Of a DNA stretch of 64,000 nucleotides, positions 7,278 through 19,830 are shown piece after piece. Under the pieces are notes generated by a model. That model made no database searches, was not told the DNA's origin, and worked only from the letters and a program-made list of their open reading frames with translations. The stretch lies in contig JBPOFY010000002.1 in assembly GCA_051252375.1 (NCBI GenBank), positions 160,001 to 224,000 on the forward strand, read 5' to 3'. A program made the translations under genes and the position numbers. Position 1 is the stretch's first letter; each line of letters opens with the position of its first letter. The stretch is from Opitutaceae bacterium (GTDB lineage Bacteria; Verrucomicrobiota; Verrucomicrobiia; Opitutales; Coraliomargaritaceae).

Positions 7278-7689
7278 CGCGAAAATGGGAAAAAGGGCGG
7301 ACGGCGATATGAAGATCCGCCCTCATGGTGGTTTTAAGATGCCGAAGCCTTTTGGTGAATGACTTGATTAACCTGAACCCCCAACTGATGACACTACCCC
7401 CCCCTGAGGCTCTCGCCCGCCCCGAGTGCACAAACAGGGGAAGGCACCGGATCCAATCGGCCCACCTGCGCCCTCTGAAGCGCCCTAGGGCGCAAATCTA
7501 ATCAGCAGCGTCCTCCCTCCCCGCTCAGCCTGAAATCCTGAAAATATTTATCGCCCAGGTATTCGTCTCGAAACTGCCAGAGAACCGTGAAAAAATCTTG
7601 ACTGTCCGTAGTTAAAAAGCGGATACAAAGCGGGAGACGAAAACCTGTAAGCGTTTACTATCAGTCACTTACGAGAAAATTACAACTGT

Positions 7690-7723
7690 CTCTTAATCAA
7701 TTGGTTCGGGGTTCAAGTCCCCG
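7690..7723 (+). repeat. attR: duplicated 3' half of tRNA-Lys(CTT)
   Basis: CTCTTAA TCAATTGGTTCGGGGTTCAAGTCCCCG gives the anticodon loop, 3' anticodon stem and T-arm; the 5' half is absent. Confidence 0.8.
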
Positions 7724-7738
7724 ATTCAGTAGGCACCG

Positions 7739-7814
<76 letters not shown>

Positions 7815-7818
7815 TTTT

Positions 7819-7851
7819 AAAGCCCTTAGTTTAAAAAACTAAGGGCTTTTT
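7819..7851 (+). terminator. Rho-independent terminator after tRNA-Thr
   Basis: AAAGCCCTTAGTTT-loop-AAACTAAGGGCTTTTT. Confidence 0.85.
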
Positions 7852-7879
7852 CGTGGGTCTACACCAAAGTGCGTCATTC

Positions 7880-7984
7880 TGTAGCCACGTCACTCTCCCG
7901 ACCTGAGCTTGTCGAAGGTGTGACGTGTCATGTGAAGAATTCCCGTTGCTCATGCTCAACACGGCAGAGACTGCCATGGCTACA
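7880..7984. repeat. GTAG-type REP doublet with an insert in the first hairpin loop
   Basis: GTAGCCACGTCAC...[CCTGAGCTTGTCGAAGG]...GTGACGTG and inverted CACGGCAGAGACTGCCATGGCTAC. Confidence 0.65.
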
Positions 7985-8168
7985 TTCTAGCTGTTTCTAC
8001 GAGTTGCTTCTGGTTAAATCCCAGAGCCATTGACTCGTATCGCCATGTTTCTGCAGGTGCCACACTTCTGCAAAGTCACCCTCCGCCATAAGTGCAGGAC
8101 GGATGAAACTTAAAAGAGAAGTTGGAACCTCAGCCCACGACCGAGTTTAGATTAAAACAGGCAATTGG

Positions 8169-8909
8169 CTAAAAGATAGCCTTCCCATCATCGAAGGAAG
8201 GACGCTCGCCAGCCCAGATCCCTTCCCCGGGTCGGACTGCCTCAACGTGACCATCCAAAAAGGACATATTGCAGGCTCCACTATGCGGGTTATGAGTTTC
8301 TGCGCCATCCTGCCCCTCTGGCCACGAACGCCAAACTCTATAGTTACCAGCAGCGATGTAAGAACCATCCATAAAAAATGGAATATCCGCTAGCTGTGCG
8401 GGGCGAGTCATAATGATCAACGAAACAGGTCCTGCACCAGAGCCCTTCTGCCGTGTTATATCCATTTGCCGGTTGAGACTATAGGTTCGGGACTGTGGTC
8501 GGAACTCATACTGAACGGGGCAAGTCATTACGCTTTCTTTCACCATAAACGGGAGTTCTAAGTCGAGGTATGGTGCCAAGACAGTCGGCCATGACGGCTC
8601 GTCACCTTTTTCTAGCGGCTGAGGCAAATCGCCGTTGTGCTCTAACGAGTAGAGCAGTCCCGCAGCTGCCATCTGCCTAAGATTACTGGTGCATTTTGCA
8701 GCCGCCGCCTTCTCCCTCACCTTGCCAATCGCGGGAATCAATATCGCGGCAAGGATGCCGATGATCGCGATCACTGTAAGCAGTTCGATAAGAGTAAAGC
8801 CGTGACGGGAGCGATTTGCTTGGGGAGTCGTTTGTTCAACAGCATCTTGCTGGTTGCAAAGGGTATGTAAAACGTGTGAACGAGGGGTCGATATTTTATG
8901 GGTATTCAT
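8169..8909 (-). CDS. Prepilin-type N-terminal cleavage/methylation domain protein with H-X9-DG motif
   Basis: [24 protein letters not shown] and C-terminal [14 protein letters not shown]; start moved to the ATG at 8909. Confidence 0.9.
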   Translation of the reverse strand: MNTHKISTPRSHVLHTLCNQQDAVEQTTPQANRSRHGFTLIELLTVIAIIGILAAILIPAIGKVREKAAAAKCTSNLRQMAAAGLLYSLEHNGDLPQPLEKGDEPSWPTVLAPYLDLELPFMVKESVMTCPVQYEFRPQSRTYSLNRQMDITRQKGSGAGPVSLIIMTRPAQLADIPFFMDGSYIAAGNYRVWRSWPEGQDGAETHNPHSGACNMSFLDGHVEAVRPGEGIWAGERPSFDDGKAIF

Positions 8910-9055
8910 TGCCTCCAGTATTAGGACAAAGTATTTCTTGGCGAGCCACAAATCCGATGCCGCTAGCAAAAAAAACGCCCATCGTCGATTAGCGGGAAGA
9001 GCATAGATGGCTGCTAAGCTGAGTGTGTATTCATGGTTTGCTAATGACGCAAAGA

Positions 9056-9187
9056 ACCCCTCCGTCTGAGCCGCTCTGCGAGCTACGCCGCCCAAGAGCT
9101 CAGACACCTCCCCTTGCCCGGGGAGGAGCTTCAAAATTCCCCTCCTTAAGGAGGAGGGGGTGGATCGCGAAGCGAGACGGGGTGGTG
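9056..9187. repeat. Composite palindromic extragenic repeat (CCCCTCC/GGAGGGG family)
   Basis: GTCTGAGC...GCTCAGAC, CCTCCCC...GGGGAGG and CCCCTCC...GGAGGGG hairpins in an inverted arrangement. Confidence 0.6.
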
Positions 9188-9479
9188 CCAGAAGACGCGA
9201 ATTAACTAGATGATCCCACTCTAAACATCCCTTTCGCGCAAAGTGACGTTGAACCGAAAAAGCTCGCAGCCATAGAGTCAAATGTTGTCGATCACTCCTT
9301 TGAAATATCTGTATTTCCCTAGCCAGCCTATCCGCTGATTACTAGATCTGTAATCCGGATGTGATGAGACCTTTGAAGCCAAACCACACAACCGAGTTAT
9401 AAAACCGGTGACTTACGTATTGATTGATTCAAAAACTCTGCTTTGTTAGCCCACTGATTCGCAATGCGAAAACAATGAT

Positions 9480-9556
9480 GTGGGTGTAGCTCAGCTGGAT
9501 AGAGCATCGGTTTTCTAAACCGAGGGTCCTGGGTTCGAGTCCCAGCTCCCATACCA
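9480..9556 (+). tRNA. tRNA-Arg(TCT)
   Basis: TAGCTCAGCTGGATAGAGC D-arm, TCGGT-TTTCTAA-ACCGA anticodon arm, CTGGG-TTCGAGT-CCCAG T-arm, CCA end. Confidence 0.95.
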
Positions 9557-9661
9557 TTGCGCAGCAACCACCCTGAGCGCAGCGCTACTGGGATGGTGAA
9601 CTCCGTAAGAGGATCGCAAAACACGCCCCTACCGTGGTTAGGGCGTGTCCACTCAGTTAAA

Positions 9662-11296
9662 TCACACCGCGTGCGGTAAAAGCATAAAGACCACGACCAT
9701 GACCAAGGTCGGAAACAAAGCTGCGAGTAAGAGTTTCAATGGCGAAACACCACCATCGAAGTATTTACTCAGAATGCTTTGACCCGCAGGATTCGGAGCA
9801 TTGGCAATCACGGTCAAACCACCACCTGTAACTGCACCGGCGACGACTGCATACTGCAGTGCCATAGCGCGTGCGACATCAGGTGCAGTATGGTGATCAA
9901 AGGCGGGCACTTGTGATGCCAAGAACGTGATCGCGGCATTATCGTTAAATGCAGTCAATGTAGTCGATCCGAGGAAGAGCATCGTCTCTCCTAACGAGGA
10001 AAGCACCGGCGCGATCCACCAGCCTTGTAAACCACCATGCGTGACGAGACCAGCTAGGAAAAATCCGACCAGAATCGGCCCTTTCAATGAAATCGCATAT
10101 TGGTGATGGTCCGTCGCAATCGTAAATGCAATGAAGACGAGGAACCCACCCATAAAGAGTGCCGGATGGTGCAGCGTGAATACCGTCCAAGCCAAGAAGG
10201 CCAAATGCACACCGATGATCCACTTAGGAGCAGGCTCCTCTTTTTCCACAGATCGTCCGGCATTTTCTTCGTCGGCCTTCGCCTTCAAACCAGCAAAGTC
10301 CTTGCGGAAGATTAAGAAATAAACCGCAGTCGCGATGAGTATACCAAGCACGGCACGCCAACCAAAGTGGGTAAACATAAACGGCATATCCCACTCCCAC
10401 TTAGTCGCGACCATCAAGACTGGTGGCGCAGCGAAGTGTGTGAGCGTGCCCCCCACCGAGATATTCACGAAAAGTAAACCGAGCGTCGCATACTTAAAGG
10501 TGGGCGTTGGGTTGTAGTGGTAAAACTGATGTCCCAGAAGCAGCGCAGCAATTGTCATCGCTGCAGGCTCAGTAATGAACGACCCTAATAATGGGGCAAT
10601 GATCAGAATCGACAGCCACCATGCGGCTGGAGTCTTTTTACCAATACTGGCAATCGCACTGAGGGCAGATTCAGCAATCGACACAACTGGTCGCGATGCC
10701 GCAATCGCCATAATGACGACCACGAAGAGCGGCTCGGTATAATTACGTGTATCGATGTAAAAAGTCGTTGAGTGCCATCCATGGATCAGAGTAATGGATA
10801 ATAAAAGCGGAATCAGCCAGATGCCAAAAATGGCTTCAATTTCTCCCAAGAAGTGCAAGGCTGTCGCCTTAAAACTTACAGGGTGCTTGCCTTGATGATA
10901 ATTGCGCAGGTCCTGCTGGACTGCCTCATCGTGTGCATGCTCTGCCTTGTGCGCCATCTTCATGATCGGACCAGCCGCAAATGTATGCATAATCGCGAGC
11001 AGGAAGATGACAGTCGCGATCACATTGACCGGATCGTCTGCCGCACGCACTTTAAGGATCTCCATGACTCCAAGTTCTTCAACTGGAATGCCTAACTCTG
11101 CGGCACGGGCAGCTTCCAAGGCTTCGTATTTATCCAAGGGCTTGGGTAGCACCTCGACTTCATGCCCTGCATCAGCTCCATGCGCACCACCACCACCAGC
11201 AGCCGATAATACTCCGAAATTGGTTAAAAAAACAAGACTCAGCACAACCAGTAGACGGGTCGAGCGAGCAATTGATGTAGTTAAAGAAGCAATCAT
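9662..11296 (-). CDS. Putative Na+/H+ antiporter (DUF1504 family)
   Basis: Multi-TM protein with HFLGEIEAIFGIW, GSFITEPAAMT, NISVGGTLTHFAAPP and GGGLTVIANAPNPAG motifs. Confidence 0.85.
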   Translation of the reverse strand: MIASLTTSIARSTRLLVVLSLVFLTNFGVLSAAGGGGAHGADAGHEVEVLPKPLDKYEALEAARAAELGIPVEELGVMEILKVRAADDPVNVIATVIFLLAIMHTFAAGPIMKMAHKAEHAHDEAVQQDLRNYHQGKHPVSFKATALHFLGEIEAIFGIWLIPLLLSITLIHGWHSTTFYIDTRNYTEPLFVVVIMAIAASRPVVSIAESALSAIASIGKKTPAAWWLSILIIAPLLGSFITEPAAMTIAALLLGHQFYHYNPTPTFKYATLGLLFVNISVGGTLTHFAAPPVLMVATKWEWDMPFMFTHFGWRAVLGILIATAVYFLIFRKDFAGLKAKADEENAGRSVEKEEPAPKWIIGVHLAFLAWTVFTLHHPALFMGGFLVFIAFTIATDHHQYAISLKGPILVGFFLAGLVTHGGLQGWWIAPVLSSLGETMLFLGSTTLTAFNDNAAITFLASQVPAFDHHTAPDVARAMALQYAVVAGAVTGGGLTVIANAPNPAGQSILSKYFDGGVSPLKLLLAALFPTLVMVVVFMLLPHAV

Positions 11297-11371
11297 AAGG
11301 TTATCTTTTCAAACCAGCAGATAGTGGGGAGCAAGCCATTTCGCAAGTAACCCACGACGAAATTTCCCATT

Positions 11372-11806
11372 TTATTCTTTTGTCGGCTGCACCTGTAAGT
11401 GCGTGACGCCGTGCAATCGCCCTTGATCTAATATCCCGATAAAATTATTTGAGCCCAAGACACCTAGAATCATCCCAAAGAAAAGCACCATCGCGAGGAC
11501 CAAGCCGAGCTTCCGGTAGAAGCATTTCCCGCCAACCGGTGCCTGCATCAACGCTCGAACCGAAAGCAACAACCATCCCGCAAAGGCAAAAAGCATGAAA
11601 AAGAAGAACGGATAATACCAATCCAACACATATTGCCGCAGCCATTGCGGATATTCGGTCTGGAGATAGTGATAGACCTCCGGGCTCTGCCAGAAACCCC
11701 AATATTCTTTCCAGCCTGTCATGACCAGCAGCCATGTGAACCCACAAAGCGTGAGCGCAGTAAAGAGGCGAGATTGAAAGCGTGTGAGCAGCTCCACAGG
11801 CATCAC
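11372..11806 (-). CDS. Hypothetical membrane protein
   Basis: Three hydrophobic segments; co-oriented and tightly spaced with neighbours. Confidence 0.7.
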   Translation of the reverse strand: MMPVELLTRFQSRLFTALTLCGFTWLLVMTGWKEYWGFWQSPEVYHYLQTEYPQWLRQYVLDWYYPFFFFMLFAFAGWLLLSVRALMQAPVGGKCFYRKLGLVLAMVLFFGMILGVLGSNNFIGILDQGRLHGVTHLQVQPTKE

Positions 11807-11809
11807 CGA

Positions 11810-12355
11810 CTAATTCTCCGAACCTACTTGTGTGACCGGAACGTCACTATCCGAGCGATTCCGTCGAAATTGGAAACGATTAATCTCCCGCAGGGAAAGC
11901 ACATCGGCCATTTCAGCATATTTCCGAGTGTCTTGTAGCATCATGTTATAGAACTTACGGTCCGCAATATCCTGCACTCGGGCATCCGTGCTGATCTGCG
12001 CTGTCTCCTGTAAATCCGCATAATGCTCATTCCACTCAGAAAGATCGAACTCCTTCATAGGGAACTCCTTCGTCTTCGTGCCGAACATCTTCTTATCATT
12101 GGTCTCACTCATTTTGATCGCAGTGCGCTTCGAACCAAGTGACGAAAAATGCGTATCCCACTCCTGTAGCGGGAAATTCTTCTCCATCAAAGCCGTGTTT
12201 TTCTGCATCTGCCATACTTGACGACCTACGCGCTTATCAGAAATGCCCTGGTTTGTGCCCAAATTTCCAGTCAACGAGCTCTGGGCAGTCAAAACCGACG
12301 CACAGACAAACAATCCGACGAGCGCAACAAGGAGTTTAGAGATACGGGAAAACAT
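11810..12355 (-). CDS. Hypothetical secreted protein
   Basis: Signal peptide from MFSRISKLLVALVGL; C-terminal LSLREINRFQFRRN. Confidence 0.7.
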   Translation of the reverse strand: MFSRISKLLVALVGLFVCASVLTAQSSLTGNLGTNQGISDKRVGRQVWQMQKNTALMEKNFPLQEWDTHFSSLGSKRTAIKMSETNDKKMFGTKTKEFPMKEFDLSEWNEHYADLQETAQISTDARVQDIADRKFYNMMLQDTRKYAEMADVLSLREINRFQFRRNRSDSDVPVTQVGSEN

Positions 12356-12484
12356 TAGAAGCTGATACTTAGCGTTCAGGCTAAGGAAGATCAAGATATT
12401 CTCGCAAAGGAATTAGGCAAAGACCATGCGCATAGCACCTTGACGATACCCGCGCGAACCTTCTAAATCCGCCGTTTTCTAAAA

Positions 12485-15060
<2,576 letters not shown>

Positions 15061-15061
<1 letters not shown>

Positions 15062-15879
15062 TGTTTTCTAGAGCACTATTATTCAGGCACCGCTGGCTGA
15101 CTGCCCTTTTAGTCGTCAGCAGCGGCGTGCTTGAGTTAAGTGCACTCGAAACGACTACCAATGATAGCATTGCAGTGGTCACCAGTGTGCGCGGCGATGC
15201 GGCAATCGTTTCAGCTGGCATGTCGGGAAAAGAAATTGAACCGCATCAGTCTTTGTTACTGAGCGGTGCAAAAATTGAAACTTCTGAGAAATCCTACCTC
15301 TTTCTCGCGTTCTCGAATGGCTTGGGCATGGGCATTGATTCTTCAACAATCCTCCATTGCCAGAGCTACACACAAGAGCCCTTTAAAGCGAATCGAGAGA
15401 ACCTTGATTTCGAACCCTCCATATCGAAACTTCTATTAGAATTGGAAGCAGGTGCGCTTTCTTTTGTCTGTGAAGGACTCTCGCCTCGTTCACAAATTCG
15501 AGTGATTACACCGAACGGAACATTGCGCATACACTCTGCTCATTGCCGCATCGAGATAAGCGAGACAGGCACCGAGATTACTGTTTATAGTGGCACCGCG
15601 ACCTTTTACTATCCAGATGGTGAAAGCCGCGAATTCCTCTCTCACTCAACTTCAGTCCGATTTAGCCCACAAAGCTCCGCGATGGGCAAAATCGCCGAAA
15701 AAATTGGATTTGAAGATACCCCGAAAGCGAACAGAGTGTTTACCGAAGCGGCACAACATGCGACAAAGCGCGTCCACTTCAAAGCTCCAAAAAACGGCAA
15801 GACTGCCGAACCGATTCTAATTATGCCCCTACAAACTTACGAACAACCTACAGAGCGGCCTTACGAGTATCAGGATTAA
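15061..15879 (+). CDS. FecR-like domain secreted protein
   Basis: Signal peptide; beta-rich pattern ELEAG...VITPNGTLRIH...ITVYSG. Confidence 0.65.
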
Positions 15880-15885
15880 TCACCG

Positions 15886-16740
15886 ATGAGCACCCCCCCA
15901 TCAGTTTATTTACCAAACGACTTTGCACCCCAGCCCATCGGTCTGATTGCTGGCAAGGGGCGCTACCCCATCCTAATGGCGGAACGTATTGTCGCCGCGG
16001 GGCTACCGTTACGCGTGATTTCTTTTGCAGGCGAAACGGACACCGATTGGGTGGCGCAATTACGCAAAGCCGAGCACATCCAAATCAAGGTAGGCCAACT
16101 CGGTAAAATGCTAAAGTCTCTGCAAAAGCTGGGCTGCCAATATGCAGTCATGGCGGGACAGATCACCCCACGCCGCCTCTTTCACGGCTTACACCCTGAC
16201 ATTAAAGCGCTAAAAATACTCAATAGCCTTACGGTCAAAAATGCCGAAACCATCTTCGGAGCCATCGCGAGCGAAATTGAAGCCATCGATATACAGATGC
16301 TGGACGCACGCTCGTTCTTAGATGATGAGTTGGCCCACGAAGGATTAATGACGACCGGCACACTCAAAGCCGAGATGACTTATATTGAGCATGGCATTAA
16401 GATCGCCAAAGGTGCCGCTGACCTCGACATCGGCCAAGGAGCCGTGGTCCGCAAGGGCACCGTGCTGGCAGTGGAGGGCTACGAAGGCACCGACCCCATG
16501 CTTCAAAGAGCCGGTAGTTTCAAAACCGATGGCTTGATTTTCGTAAAAACCGTCAAGCGCCGACAGGACTACCGCTTTGATGTGCCCGTATTCGGTGACC
16601 GCACACTGGATGTGATGCATGCCGCTGGCATCCGAACCGCAGCCTTAGAGGCCGGCAATGTGCTCATATTGGACAAAGCAACTATTCTAGCCAAAGCCAA
16701 GAAGCTGAAAATCGAGCTATACGGATACAGCCACACGTAG
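15886..16740 (+). CDS. lpxI: UDP-2,3-diacylglucosamine pyrophosphatase LpxI
   Basis: IGLIAGKGRYP, DIGQGAVV, AVEGYEGTD and QDYRFDVPVFG motifs. Confidence 0.9.
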   Translation: MSTPPSVYLPNDFAPQPIGLIAGKGRYPILMAERIVAAGLPLRVISFAGETDTDWVAQLRKAEHIQIKVGQLGKMLKSLQKLGCQYAVMAGQITPRRLFHGLHPDIKALKILNSLTVKNAETIFGAIASEIEAIDIQMLDARSFLDDELAHEGLMTTGTLKAEMTYIEHGIKIAKGAADLDIGQGAVVRKGTVLAVEGYEGTDPMLQRAGSFKTDGLIFVKTVKRRQDYRFDVPVFGDRTLDVMHAAGIRTAALEAGNVLILDKATILAKAKKLKIELYGYSHT

Positions 16741-16815
16741 TCTGCTGAAATTTGCCCGATTTACCCCAAGAATTAAAAGATTTTCATTTACCGATAACTA
16801 GCTACATTTGCCCCC

Positions 16816-17322
16816 ATGTCTGAAGCGACACTATACACCTCTTACCAACCACAAAAACGCGGCTTCACTCTTATTGAATTAGCAGTCGTGGTCACTGTCA
16901 TCGGTATTCTCGCCGCTCTCGCCATACCTTATTACAAGCGAGCCAAGGAATCTTCGCAAATTAGCAGTTTCGAACACGACTTACGCCTATACGAGCAAGA
17001 GTTCGATACCTACGAACTGGAAAATGGGTTCTACCCACCCTCGCAACCGACTGCAGGTGCACTTCCAATAGACATGGCTGATCGACTCAGCCCAACCTGG
17101 AAACTCCCCAGCCCGATTGGAGGCGAATATCGTTGGGTATATACCACCGAAGCCGACCCAAAGTCGCGCACTGCTTATATCGAAGTCGTGAATACTCCGG
17201 ACACCCCCATTACCATCGACATCGCTCGTCTGATTGAAGTCGATGAAGATCTAGATGACGGCGTTGTGACTACAGGTCGCGTTCGCCTATCAGGATTGAA
17301 TGTGCGCTATATCGTGCGCTAG
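16816..17322 (+). CDS. Type IV pilin / pseudopilin-like protein
   Basis: KRG|FTLIELAVVVTVIGILAALAIP. Confidence 0.85.
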   Translation: MSEATLYTSYQPQKRGFTLIELAVVVTVIGILAALAIPYYKRAKESSQISSFEHDLRLYEQEFDTYELENGFYPPSQPTAGALPIDMADRLSPTWKLPSPIGGEYRWVYTTEADPKSRTAYIEVVNTPDTPITIDIARLIEVDEDLDDGVVTTGRVRLSGLNVRYIVR

Positions 17323-17328
17323 TAGTGC

Positions 17329-18171
17329 CTAGAGCGTCTCAACCGTAACGACTTCGCCCACATCATCTAGGCTGCCTTCGTGCCGTTGATAGGTGATACC
17401 ATGCAAGGTCATGGTTTGAGAATCTGTCGGAAGAATTAAGTGATAATCGCCCGCTAAAAATGCGAGCTTACCTTCATTTATGCCTACTAAAGTGTCGTGC
17501 GACTCGGTCAAAATCAGAATAAAACGATTCCGCTCCGGCGACCACCACATCTCGTAAAAATCAGAATGCCCATTATCCAATAGCTGGAAGACAAGGCCGC
17601 CCTCCCGATACTCACTCACAAAGACACCACTGTATTTCTTAAGCGCAACCTGCTCACCCTCCATGGTATGAATAAACTTTGGTTCGACGATGAGTGATGG
17701 CCGGTAAGTGAATTCATGCAGAATCACACGGCCGCAGATAAACATGACGACCACCATTCCCAATAGTGCCAGCACGCCAAAAACTTGAGCTAAAGTTGAT
17801 TTCTTCTGATACTTGATCGTTGGTCCTTCGTGCAGATCAGGATCATCCGTAAACACTTCATCCAAAGGTTTGTCTTGTAGTAAACGAATCACTTCCTCCG
17901 GCACAACTTTGAGGTTCTGACGGTTCGGCGAATGTGGGTCGTTGTAGAACAATTGCCCTTTTACAGATTTCACCGTAACCCGCTGACTCCCTTTAATAAT
18001 CTCGATTTCGGGGAATTCCACCAGTGCTTGACCATGCCCCGCAACCGCAACGCGATTCATTAAATAAACCAGGGCATCATCATCCGCCATCTCATCCGCC
18101 CACGAACCTTCCGGCACAGGTTCTACGGTGAAATCGGGGTTAATATGACTGAGGCGAACTTTAAAGGGCAT
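17329..18171 (-). CDS. Hypothetical protein with one central TM helix
   Basis: Long ORF with a single hydrophobic segment; start uncertain. Confidence 0.65.
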   Translation of the reverse strand: MPFKVRLSHINPDFTVEPVPEGSWADEMADDDALVYLMNRVAVAGHGQALVEFPEIEIIKGSQRVTVKSVKGQLFYNDPHSPNRQNLKVVPEEVIRLLQDKPLDEVFTDDPDLHEGPTIKYQKKSTLAQVFGVLALLGMVVVMFICGRVILHEFTYRPSLIVEPKFIHTMEGEQVALKKYSGVFVSEYREGGLVFQLLDNGHSDFYEMWWSPERNRFILILTESHDTLVGINEGKLAFLAGDYHLILPTDSQTMTLHGITYQRHEGSLDDVGEVVTVETL

Positions 18172-18263
18172 GAACAGGGGAATACAAAATATGATTCTTA
18201 ATTCTGAAATCGACGAATACAATTACAAATATCAAGACATTGCATCGCTATGCCGGACGCAGC

Positions 18264-18785
18264 TTAGTCACTCTCCTCTGAGGGTTGTGCAGCACGTTCA
18301 TGAACCTGTCGATAAAGTGCAATATCAGGGATATCGATGACCACTTGTATCAAAAATTTAACGACGAACACCAAAAGCACATTCAGCCCACCAACTACGA
18401 GCGCTGACAATGAAGAATAGAAATTAAAGCCGGCAACTATACCCAACAACGCAATCACGATGATGACAGCGATCGCGACCCAAGCCAGCACATCAATGAT
18501 CACGCGCAGATCACTATAAGCCGATTGCTCACGAATACGGGTTTTCAGTAGAGCCGTATCCGAAATGGAGGACGGACGATGCAAGCCACGGCTATGTTGG
18601 CGACTGGAGCTCTTCGACTTTTCTTCAATGCCTGATTTTACATGCGCTTTCTGGCGACCTTCACGCAAGCGCTCTCGAGAGCTGCAATACGCTGAATACG
18701 CCTGCACCCACTGATGCTCGGTCATACTCTTCGTCGATGGATCCATCTTCTCACGACTGGCAACGAATTCTTCGAAAGTTTTCAT
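18264..18785 (-). CDS. Hypothetical membrane protein (two C-terminal TMs)
   Basis: Charged N-terminus, SAY..LR motif, two TM helices. Confidence 0.65.
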   Translation of the reverse strand: MKTFEEFVASREKMDPSTKSMTEHQWVQAYSAYCSSRERLREGRQKAHVKSGIEEKSKSSSRQHSRGLHRPSSISDTALLKTRIREQSAYSDLRVIIDVLAWVAIAVIIVIALLGIVAGFNFYSSLSALVVGGLNVLLVFVVKFLIQVVIDIPDIALYRQVHERAAQPSEESD

Positions 18786-18830
18786 ACTCTGACTATTTAC
18801 GCAAATCGCCGTGATCTGCAATGCAAACCA

Positions 18831-19754
18831 TCACTCGACCTTAAGATCAAAACGCCCAAAAACGGCTGCGCCGTTGATCTGAACTTGAGCAAACAATCGA
18901 TACCACCCGGGGTTCGGCACATTGAATAAAAAAGACAACCCGTTCACATCTTCGGTCAAGGCATCTTTAGCCTCTGCGATACTGTCCATAGGATGCATGT
19001 GGGCAAAGCCCTTACCCGCCCCGTCGAAGGCAACCATGTGACCCTTGGCATCCATTACCATCTCGAGTTCCACATTGCCTCCACCCGCCGCGCTGACTGC
19101 TAAGTCAAAGCGATAATCCTTCCCGCGCTTCAGCGTCTGCGGAACATTCTCTAATTGAAAATGCACACCATCGACAATCGATTCTGTCGATTTCGAAAAC
19201 TGAGGCTTACGCCCTTCTCCGGCGACTTCCAGTTCTGCCGTGGCAATGGCCTGCCGCCGACTCACCACTGGCACGACCTCGGCAAGCACGCGATAACGGC
19301 CAGACGCTTTCGGTGTGAAACTGAAGTTATAGCGCCCATCCAATCCTACAGCATCGGGATGCAAGTGGTGATAATCTTCAAATGACGGATCAATCACCAT
19401 GAGGTGCATCTTTTCCGTATGAGTAATCGCCAAATCGTGTGGCGCCATTGTCATACCGCCCGATGTCTCTAAAAATAAGTCAATTGAACGCGCCTCACCA
19501 ACAACCAAAGGCTGAGACTCCAAAGTCATTTCTACCGGATACTGCAAACGCGTGAGATCCAAGAACCCAGCATGGTTGGTCGCACACAGTTCAATCTCAC
19601 CATTCTCGTTGACGATCTCGACGTAGTGCAAAAAGCCACATTGCGCATCCGGCAAGGAACGCAGCACAAAAAACGCAGCACAAAAGACAATGCTGATTAC
19701 ACCCACGCTGATCCATGTGCGCTTCGTGTTTTTCTGTTCCTTAGATTCGACCAT
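18831..19754 (-). CDS. His-rich putative metal-binding membrane-anchored protein
   Basis: Two related halves with HLMVID..YHHLHP and GHMVAF..FAHMHP; adjacent to an SCO gene. Confidence 0.7.
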   Translation of the reverse strand: MVESKEQKNTKRTWISVGVISIVFCAAFFVLRSLPDAQCGFLHYVEIVNENGEIELCATNHAGFLDLTRLQYPVEMTLESQPLVVGEARSIDLFLETSGGMTMAPHDLAITHTEKMHLMVIDPSFEDYHHLHPDAVGLDGRYNFSFTPKASGRYRVLAEVVPVVSRRQAIATAELEVAGEGRKPQFSKSTESIVDGVHFQLENVPQTLKRGKDYRFDLAVSAAGGGNVELEMVMDAKGHMVAFDGAGKGFAHMHPMDSIAEAKDALTEDVNGLSFLFNVPNPGWYRLFAQVQINGAAVFGRFDLKVE

Positions 19755-19830
19755 AAAGTGCTATCAAGGTTCACGATACGCTCCCGATGACAACCTCATT
19801 TAGCGGAAAACCCGCGAAGGAATCGACAAT

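Larger units (their letters stand above)
1..7723. mobile_element. Right part of an integrated phage-related element (satellite or cryptic prophage) inserted in tRNA-Lys(CTT); left end and integrase lie outside the window
   Basis: Ends in a 34-bp tRNA-Lys 3' fragment starting at the anticodon loop. Contains a phage-type replication initiator, divergent RHH regulators and accessory cargo. No capsid or tail genes are visible. Confidence 0.75.

Noticed and set aside
7690..7738. Functional tRNA-Lys gene
   Set aside because: The D-arm and 5' acceptor strand are missing; treated as an att duplication.
8910..9281. 124-aa N-terminal extension of the pseudopilin ORF
   Set aside because: Runs through palindromic repeats; prepilin leaders are short.
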